DNA of 63,742 nt, filler included, from Octopus bimaculoides (lineage: Eukaryota), in the NCBI RefSeq assembly GCF_001194135.2. It is 5 parts of 5 records of this genome, joined end to end, with 100 filler letters (N's around TTAATTAATTAA, not from the genome) between each part and the next. Parts side by side here need not be neighbours in the genome. Positions count along the whole stretch, not along the records: positions 52,592 to 55,873 come from NC_068997.1; positions 55,974 to 61,697 come from NC_069007.1; positions 61,798 to 63,742 come from NC_069002.1; 2 more parts are not named here. The stretch is one strand, 5' to 3'. The translations under genes and the position numbers were made by a program. Below, piece after piece: positions 54,625 to 63,742 of this stretch (its first letter is position 1; each line of letters opens with the position of its first letter). The notes under the pieces were generated by a model, which had not been told where the DNA came from, made no database searches, and worked only from the letters and a program-made list of their open reading frames with translations.

Positions 54625-55873
54625 TTGCGAAGTCCTAATGAAGAGGATGACAAAGCAGATGTAAAATTATTAATAAGGAGTCTGGAACATGTACAAAGTA
54701 ATAATTACTACCAGTCCATTAAACCCGGTTTACTAGACAAAGTAATTAAATTTGCAGAGAAATTTAATACTATCACACGTTTGGAGAAAAATATCATATT
54801 TACTGCAAGGAAAACACTGATCTCCTTCAAAAATAGGACATGGGCCCGATCTAACCTCCATGATGACTTTGATGTTACAAAGAAAAGTTCGGATTCTGCC
54901 CAGGTCACAGATATTGTTGGACTATTTTTAATCTCTAAAATTAGGGAATAATTCCCTAATATTAGTGGAGGCCTATATAAAGATGACGCCTTATTCGCCA
55001 TATCTCAATCCTCTGCAAAAGTAACTGATAGGATTTGGAAAAAATTGATGACATTTTTTATATAATACAAATTAGATATCGTATTTGAAAATGTCTCTAA
55101 ATATATTAACATACTGGATGTAACATTACATTTGGACAATGTCTTATTCTACCCCGACCATAAGCCTAGCAAAACTATCAAATCATCTCCAAAGTGTCAT
55201 TAATGAATAATTAAAGGCATGTCGATAAGAATATCTAATTTATCCGCAAATGAAAAATTATTTAACGAGTTTGCACCCCTTTATAATACAACACTAAAAG
55301 ACAGCGGTTTTAACAGTAAAACATTCTATATTAAAAACACGATATTTAAAATCAGATTAGGCAAACAGTTTCCAAATATTACGAATTCTAACATTGACTC
55401 ACATCATATAAATAACCCCACCGAATATAGGAATCAACAACACTAAGACACTATAGATTTTTCAAGTATAGCCAGACGATACAGAGCAGAATAGAAACTA
55501 TTCTGGGAGGAAACGGGAAACTGTATGGTTTACACCCCCTTTCTCCCTCCAAGTAAAAACCTTCCTAAGTTATTTTTTAGCATTATCGATAGGAACTTCC
55601 CACCTGGTCATAAATATCACTCTATATTTAATAGATTGTGTCTTAAATTATCTTGGATCAATCATTGCAACAAATAACAGACTTAAACTTAGAAATAACA
55701 AAACCATTAGAGATTACCTAACTGATCCTAACATGGAGAACAATAATAAGGACTTGGATATTAAAAATAGTAAGACTAAACCCAGAAACAAAATAAAAAC
55801 ATGTAATGGTCGTAATAGGGAATTTTGTCCCCTTAAAGGCTTCTGTTTAAGGAGAAATACCGTATATATAGTT
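54625..55873 (+). mobile_element. Naiad-type Penelope-like retroelement, decayed RT and linker
   Basis: FDVTKKSSDSAQVTDIVGLF, GLYKDDAL, INILDVTL, VWFTPPFS..VKT, IDRNFPPGHKYHSIFNR, CNGRNREFCPLKGFCL..TVY; stops and frameshifts; cut by gap. Confidence 0.8.
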
Positions 55874-56165
55874 NNNNNNNNNNNNNNNNNNNNNNNNNNN
55901 NNNNNNNNNNNNNNNNNTTAATTAATTAANNNNNNNNNNNNNNNNNNNNNNNNNNNNNNNNNNNNNNNNNNNNCAGCAGTCTACCTCCCACACACAGCCC
56001 CTCGTTCCCGATCACCGTTTGTTATCTCCCCCTTTCTTAGCTCTCCTGAAATAAGAATTTCTAACTTCCGGTCAGTCATTGTTATGATCGGCCATTATTA
56101 TGATTGACCGTTGACTGAACACTATTCAATTTTTTTTCTCCGTGTTTTTCTCCTTGTCTCCGTAT

Positions 56166-56202
56166 TCTTTCTGTTGAAGAGCGTAGCTCGAAACGTCAAA
56201 GA
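56166..56202 (+). ncRNA. Minimal type I hammerhead motif (core variant CUGUUGA) in a PLE-like 3' region
   Basis: UCUUU-CUGUUGA-A-GAGC GUA GCUC-GAAAC-GUC-AAAGA; perfect 5 bp stem I; same architecture as 51108-51144. Confidence 0.6.
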
Positions 56203-56359
56203 CTTTCCGTATTCCCGAGCGTCATACTAATATATACTTTTGTTATTTACACCACCTGTCCTCGTCTGTTGTTATTTTTTGTATATTCTCCCATATATTA
56301 TACATACATGATATCAATATATATAATATTGAAAATATGTATGATAATAGAATATACAT

Positions 56360-57580
<1,221 letters not shown>

Positions 57581-58177
57581 CAGACAGACAGAGATAAATT
57601 ACATTCTATATTTTCCTTTACCTCCTTGACCAATGTTCCTATCATGAACAAATCCCTGCAAATCCGAAGGACGGCGCCAGCCCCCAAACGCCTCATGGCA
57701 CCACACCACACCGTATTAGAACGCTGCATCACATCGTAGTGCCATAGCTGAAGTCCACACACCACGGACATAATCTATCCGTATTTGACCACCACCTACC
57801 ACAACCAGAACCACCTCCACAAACACCACTGTTGCCATCATCACTACCACTCCCACCACCACCACCACCACCACCACCACCTTATATCATGTAAACAATA
57901 TTTACTTTCAACACCACCTTTTCTTTCTTTCCTTCTTTCTTTCCTTTCTTTCTTTCTTCCTTTCTTTCTCTCTTTCTTTCTTCTTTAACTTTCTTTCATT
58001 CTTTCTTTCCTTCTTTCTCTTTCTATCTCTCTCTCCCCCTCTCTCTCTCTTTCTTTCTTTCTTTCTCTTTCTCATCCATTTCAAAGAATTTCTTTTGCAC
58101 TCTTTATTTCTTTTTGGCAGAAAATGTTTCACTTGTTTGTCTGTCTGTGTGTCACATCCTACATCTTTCTACAAACA

Positions 58178-58222
<45 letters not shown>

Positions 58223-58294
58223 CATACATGCATGTGCATGCTCACAAAACTTTTGCACACATATGCAAAAAGGATACGTACACAAACACAAACA

Positions 58295-58330
<36 letters not shown>

Positions 58331-60039
58331 AACACAGACATGCTTGCATGTAAATACATACATGTGTACACGGACAAGACATCCATATGCTGTCACAACA
58401 ATAACAACGACAACAACAACAACAACAATAATAAGCAACCATAATAAGAAGAAGATGAAAAAAACAACAAGAACAAGGATAATAAGGAGAATAATAATGA
58501 TGAGGAGGGGAGGAGGAGGACATCAGTGTCAGGAAGGAGGAAGAAGGGGTATGGTCAGAGGGGGGAGGGAAAAGGAGGAGGAGGAGGCAGAGGAAAAGAG
58601 GGAAAAGAAGAATAAAAAGGGGAAATAAAGACAAAGAAGATGAAGGGAAAGGAGGAGGAGGAGGAAGAGGAAAAGAAAAAGAAGCATAAACGCATACACA
58701 TTTTATTCACACACGCCCACACATATACACACAGACATGCGTATACACACGTACACATGTACTCACACATACACATAAACGTGGGTATATCATACACACA
58801 TGCACAACATATATTCACACATACGCACACACACACACACACACATCGCGCATACAGCCTCACACACATTCTCACACACATACACGCACACCCACATATA
58901 CACACATACACAGAAAGACGTGTATTTCACACACGCACAAACCTGCACACATGGGCTTGAAACACACATCTAGACACATGCACGCACGCACACACACACA
59001 CATACACACACACAAATTCACATACACTCTCTCGCATGCACACACTCCTGCACTCACACACACGTGCCTAGCACACAGATACATACACACATTCATACAC
59101 ACTATCACATGCACACACACACACACACACACGCAAATACACAACCGCCACACTTTCACACACACNNNNNNNNNNNNNNNNNNNNNNNNNNNNNNNNNNN
59201 NNNNNNNNNNNNNNNNNNNNNNNNNNNNNNNNNNNNNNNNNNNNNNNNNNNNNNNNNNNNNNNNNNNNNNNNNNNNNNNNNNNNNNNNNNNNNNNNNNNN
59301 NNNNNNNNNNNNNNNNNNNNNNNNNNNNNNNNNNNNNNNNNNNNNNNNNNNNNNNNNNNNNNNNNNNNNNNNNNNNNNNNNNNNNNNNNNNNNNNNNNNN
59401 NNNNNNNNNNNNNNNNNNNNNNNNNNNNNNNNNNNNNNNNNNNNNNNNNNNNNNNNNNNNNNNNNNNNNNNNNNNNNNNNNNNNNNNNNNNNNNNNNNNN
59501 NNNNNNNNNNNNNNNNNNNNNNNNNNNNNNNNNNNNNNNNNNNNNNNNNNNNNNNNNNNNNNNNNNNNNNNNNNNNNNNNNNNNNNNNNNNNNNNNNNNN
59601 NNNNNNNNNNNNNNNNNNNNNNNNNNNNNNNNNNNNNNNNNNNNNNNNNNNNNNNNNNNNNNNNNNNNNNNNNNNNNNNNNNNNNNNNNNNNNNNNNNNN
59701 NNNNNNNNNNNNNNNNNNNNNNNNNNNNNNNNNNNNNNNNNNNNNNNNNNNNNNNNNNNNNNNNNNNNNNNNNNNNNNNNNNNNNNNNNNNNNNNNNNNN
59801 NNNNNNNNNNNNNNNNNNNNNNNNNNNNNNNNNNNNNNNNNNNNNNNNNNNNNNNNNNNNNNNNNNNNNNNNNNNNNNNNNNNNNNNNNNNNNNNNNNNN
59901 NNNNNNNNNNNNNNNNNNNNNNNNNNNNNNNNNNNNNNNNNNNNNNNNNNNNNNNNNNNNNNNNNNNNNNNNNNNNNNNNNNNNNNNNNNNNNNNNNNNN
60001 NNNNNNNNNNNNNNNNNNNNNNNNNNNNNNNNNNNNNNN

Positions 60040-60680
60040 GTGGTAGTTGTTATTCTTGGTGGTTATTGTGGTGGTGGTGATGGTGGTTGTGGTGGTGGTA
60101 TTTGTTGGAGATGGTGTTGGTGGTGGTGGTGGTGGTGGTAGTTGTTATTCTTGGTGGTTATTGTGGTGGTGGTGATGGTGGTTGTGGTGGTTGTGGTTAT
60201 GGTTGTGGTGGTAATATTTGTTGGAGTAGTAGTTGCTATGATGGTGGTGGTGGTGGTGGTAGTTATGATGGTAGAGGCAGAAGCTGTTGAAGTAGTAATT
60301 ATGATGATGGTAGCGGTTGTGATTATGGTGACAGTGGCGATGATGATCATGATTGTGATGGTTGAGGTGGTAGTTGTAATGATGTGGTCAGGGTTACGGT
60401 AATAGTGACGGTGTGTTTCCCATTGTGATGGCTGTGGTGATGGTGTTTGTAGCAGTGGTAGTAGTGGTGATGGTGATGGTGTTGGAGGTGCTGATAGTGG
60501 GTGGTGGGGAGGTGATAGTGGTGGGGTGGTGGTAGTGGTGGTGGTGTTTGTAGCAGTGGTAGTAGTGGTGATGGTGATGGTGTTGGTGGTGCTGAGAGTG
60601 GTGGTGGAGAGGTGACAGTGGTGGTAGTAGTGGTGGCAGTGGTGGTGGTGATGGTAGCGCAAGTGGTGGTGGCGGTAACT
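60040..60680. repeat. (GGT)n-rich low-complexity array with internal ~45-55 nt duplications
   Basis: 60040-60097 repeats at 60135-60190, and 60441-60485 repeats at 60543-60587. Confidence 0.9.
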
Positions 60681-60921
60681 ATCACAACATATCCACATCA
60701 CTTATCTCTTATTTAAGACAGCAATTTGCAATTAAAAGGTGATTTGGCTGTGATTTTTAGCAAATTGTACAGTCACATAGAGGTAACCCCATTGGTGGCA
60801 TGGATTTTGCTCTTGTCACGGTTGCTCCTCTTGTTCTTCTTGCTGTCTTTAAGGTTTTCTGGTAGCAGTGAACATCTGTAGATGACAATGGTGAAACTAC
60901 TAATAGTAGTATTCACTAATA

Positions 60922-61327
60922 GGCGCAGGAGTGGCTGTGTGGTAAGTAGCTTGCTTACCAGCCACATGGTTCCAGGTTCAGTCCCACTGTGTGGCACCTT
61001 GGGCAAGTGTCTTCTACTATAGCCTCGGGCCGACCAAAGCCTTGTGAGTGGATTTGGTAGAAGGAAACTGAAAGAAGCCCATCGTATATATGTATATATA
61101 TATATATATGTATGTGTGTTTGTGTGTCTGTATTTGTCCCCCCACCGTCGCTTGACAACCGATGCTGGTGTGTTTACGTCCCCGTAACTTAGCAGTTCAG
61201 CAAAAGAAACTAACAGAATAAGTACTAGGCTTACAAAGAATGAGTCCTGGGGTTGATTTGCTCGACTAAAGGTGGTGCTCCAGCATTGCCACAGTCAAAT
61301 GACTGAAACAAGTAAAAGAGTAAAAGG
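60922..61327 (+). mobile_element. SINE family A, full-length reference copy
   Basis: A-box-like GTGGCTGTGTGGT, B-box-like GGTTCAGTCCC, central (TA)/(TG) tract and GTAAAAGA tail; a second head follows at 61327-61413. Confidence 0.88.
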
Positions 61328-61607
61328 TGCAGGAGTGGCTCTATGGTAAGAAGCTAGCTTCTCAACCAGATCGTTCCAGGTTCAATCCCTCTGCATGGCA
61401 CCTTAGGCCGACCATATATATATATATATATATTAGTTTATGTATATATTAATATTATCTCAGTTATTAAAACCTTCGATAATTTAAATATGTTAATAGT
61501 TACCAGAAGTAGCAAAATTACACTAAAAAACAAGATATCACAGCCGTTTTACAGGTAGGGATACCGAGTTAAAGTGATACATTTTGAGAAGATATGGATA
61601 ATAATAA

Positions 61608-61678
61608 ATGGAGCAAAACGCATGTCAATAAAAGTTCCTTTAATTCTGGAACTTTTATTGACATGTGTTTTGCTCCAT
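61608..61678. repeat. 71 nt hairpin, 31 bp stem and 9 nt loop
   Basis: ATGGAGCAAAACGCATGTCAATAAAAGTTCC / GGAACTTTTATTGACATGTGTTTTGCTCCAT with a single G-U. Confidence 0.9.
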
Positions 61679-62289
61679 ATATATATATATATATATANNN
61701 NNNNNNNNNNNNNNNNNNNNNNNNNNNNNNNNNNNNNNNNNTTAATTAATTAANNNNNNNNNNNNNNNNNNNNNNNNNNNNNNNNNNNNNNNNNNNNTAT
61801 ATTTATACATACATACATATATATGTGTGTGAGTGTGCGTGCACGCGTACACATTTTCACATCATAAGAATTGTCACCTGAAGGCCAAAGGAGAAAAGCG
61901 AAATGTTATCAGTTTTCATAAACAACCAACCACAACCTACACCACCGTGTCTTCACTCCACCGCCCGGCTCCTCACTAATCTATTAAGATTCGAAAGAAC
62001 CGCCACCACCGCTCCACCCCACCCTCCCCCATTTTGAACACCATCAAAAGAGATGAACTATTTGCTTATATATATACACCAATATTTTTTGTATTTTTTT
62101 GTTTACTTTTCTTATGTTTTTAGTTATGTATTTGTTGTTGTTTGTTTGTTTGTTTTAATCTTTGCTTCTTGTTTGTTTCTTGTTTTTTTTGTTAATAATT
62201 ATTTGGTTATTTATTTATTTATCTCGTTATTTATTCGATTATCTCATACGTTCATCAAGACATCATTAGAAGTGTGTTAGTTTATTTAT

Positions 62290-62530
62290 GGCGGTAACTG
62301 CAGCAACAACAACAACAACGATAACCACTGCAACTGTGTCATCAACGGGTACAACAACAATAATATGTATATTAGTAAGAAGGTACACATTCGACGACAA
62401 TGACAACAAAAACAACTCTGGTGATGACAACAACAAAAAGAACGACAGTGGTAGGAAGAAGAAAAGGAAGGAGGAGCAGAAGGAGGAGGAATAGTAAGAG
62501 ATGGAGGAGGAGGAAGAGCAGGAGGAGGAG

Positions 62531-62579
<49 letters not shown>

Positions 62580-63020
62580 GAGGAGGAGGAGGAGCAGGAT
62601 GAGGAGGAAAAGCAAGAGCAGGAGGAGTAGGAGGAGGGGAGGAAGAAGGAGGAGGAGGAGCGGGGAAAGAAATTAATGATGAAGAAGCTGGAGAATAATA
62701 ATAAGAAGCAGGGGAGGAAGAAGAGCGAGAAGAGGAGGAGGTGGAGAAGGAGAAGAAGGAAAAGAAGAAGAAAAAAATGCAAGTTTTGAAGAACATAAAA
62801 AAAAGATGACGATGACAGTGGTGACGATGAAGAAGAAGGAGAAGGAGATGAAAGAAGTACAAGGAGGAGGAGGAGCAGGAGGTGGCGAAGAAGAAGAAGA
62901 AGAAGAAGAAGAAGAAGAAATCAACAGTAACCACTATAAACGACCACAAGAGCGACAGCAGCGGCAGCAGTAGCAGCAGTAGCAGCAGTAGCAGCAGCAT
63001 CGATAATAATGATGATGAGT

Positions 63021-63061
<41 letters not shown>

Positions 63062-63083
63062 AACAACAACAGTAGTAATAATG

Positions 63084-63138
<55 letters not shown>

Positions 63139-63330
63139 TGATGATGATGATGATGACAAAAGTAGTAACAGCAAGAACAGCATCACAGACAGCCACAGCA
63201 ACAACAACAACAACAACAATAACAACAACAACAACAACAACGGCAAGTTCGAAACTAAAAGAAACGAAAGCAACAATAAAAAAAAAAACGATAAAATAGA
63301 CTACAGAAAACAACAAAGGTAAATATGACA
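62290..63330. repeat. ~1 kb compound trinucleotide array (AAC/AAT/GAG/AAG/GAT/AGC)
   Basis: Direct reading; source of the homopolymer ORFs in the track. Confidence 0.95.
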
Positions 63331-63742
63331 ACAACAACGAAATTTAATAGTCTATGTTATTTAAATTATATTGATGTAATATTGTTTAATAAACATATTG
63401 GAATTAGTGTTGGGGCTGTTGTTGTTGTTGTAGACAATGACTTTGATATCGATGTTGTTATTGTCGATGCTGCTGTTGTTATGTTGTTGTTATTGTTGTT
63501 GGTGTCGTTAATCTTTGTTTCTTTGTTTTCTCAATTTTGCAAACGTTGCATCTTTGCATCTTTAATCAACGTAATTGTCGTCGCCGCCGCCATAGTTATC
63601 CTCCTCCTCCTCCTCCTCCTCCGCCTCATCATCATCATCATCCTCATCATCATCATTAGCAGTAGCAGCAGCAGCAGCAGTAGCACGGGCACCGCCACAG
63701 AAACCTCCGCCACCATTATCGTACTCCGCGTCAACTCATCAC

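Noticed and set aside
60773-60880. Short Lys-rich frame after an AG (LPENLKDSKKNKRSNRDKSK)
   Set aside because: No good donor and no similarity to the expected upstream WD exon
62266-63337. Poly-L/S/N/D/K ORFs of 100-336 aa
   Set aside because: Translations of trinucleotide microsatellites, with no splice or domain evidence

Overview
Repeat-dense, AT-rich animal genomic DNA with many assembly gaps. The microsatellite load, tRNA-derived SINE families and LINE tails fit a coleoid cephalopod, probably Octopus (inference, not verified). The only well-supported gene is a minus-strand WD40-repeat gene of the WDR49/EFCAB8/WDR64/WDY family. Eight exons are visible between 52396 and 26345, with canonical AG/GT sites and matching phases at every visible junction; one exon is cut by an N gap. 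Its 5' exons were not found. An unassigned candidate terminal exon lies at 4618-4797. The rest is introns or intergenic DNA full of decayed mobile elements: HERO-, R4/Dong- and CRE-like RLE retrotransposons, RTE and CR1-type LINEs, two kinds of Penelope-like element (PLE), maT (DD37D), mariner, Tigger, a piggyBac-type MITE and three SINE families. The most interesting signals are three minimal type I hammerhead ribozyme motifs (one inside a ~295 bp fold-back, one downstream of a Naiad-type PLE), a 71 nt near-perfect hairpin, an internally deleted 5S rRNA copy, a sharp CpG-depletion boundary near 28.6 kb, and an inverted LINE-tail pair flanking two in-frame exons. I see no clearly novel protein-coding system. 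Most long ORFs in the track are microsatellite or N-gap artefacts.
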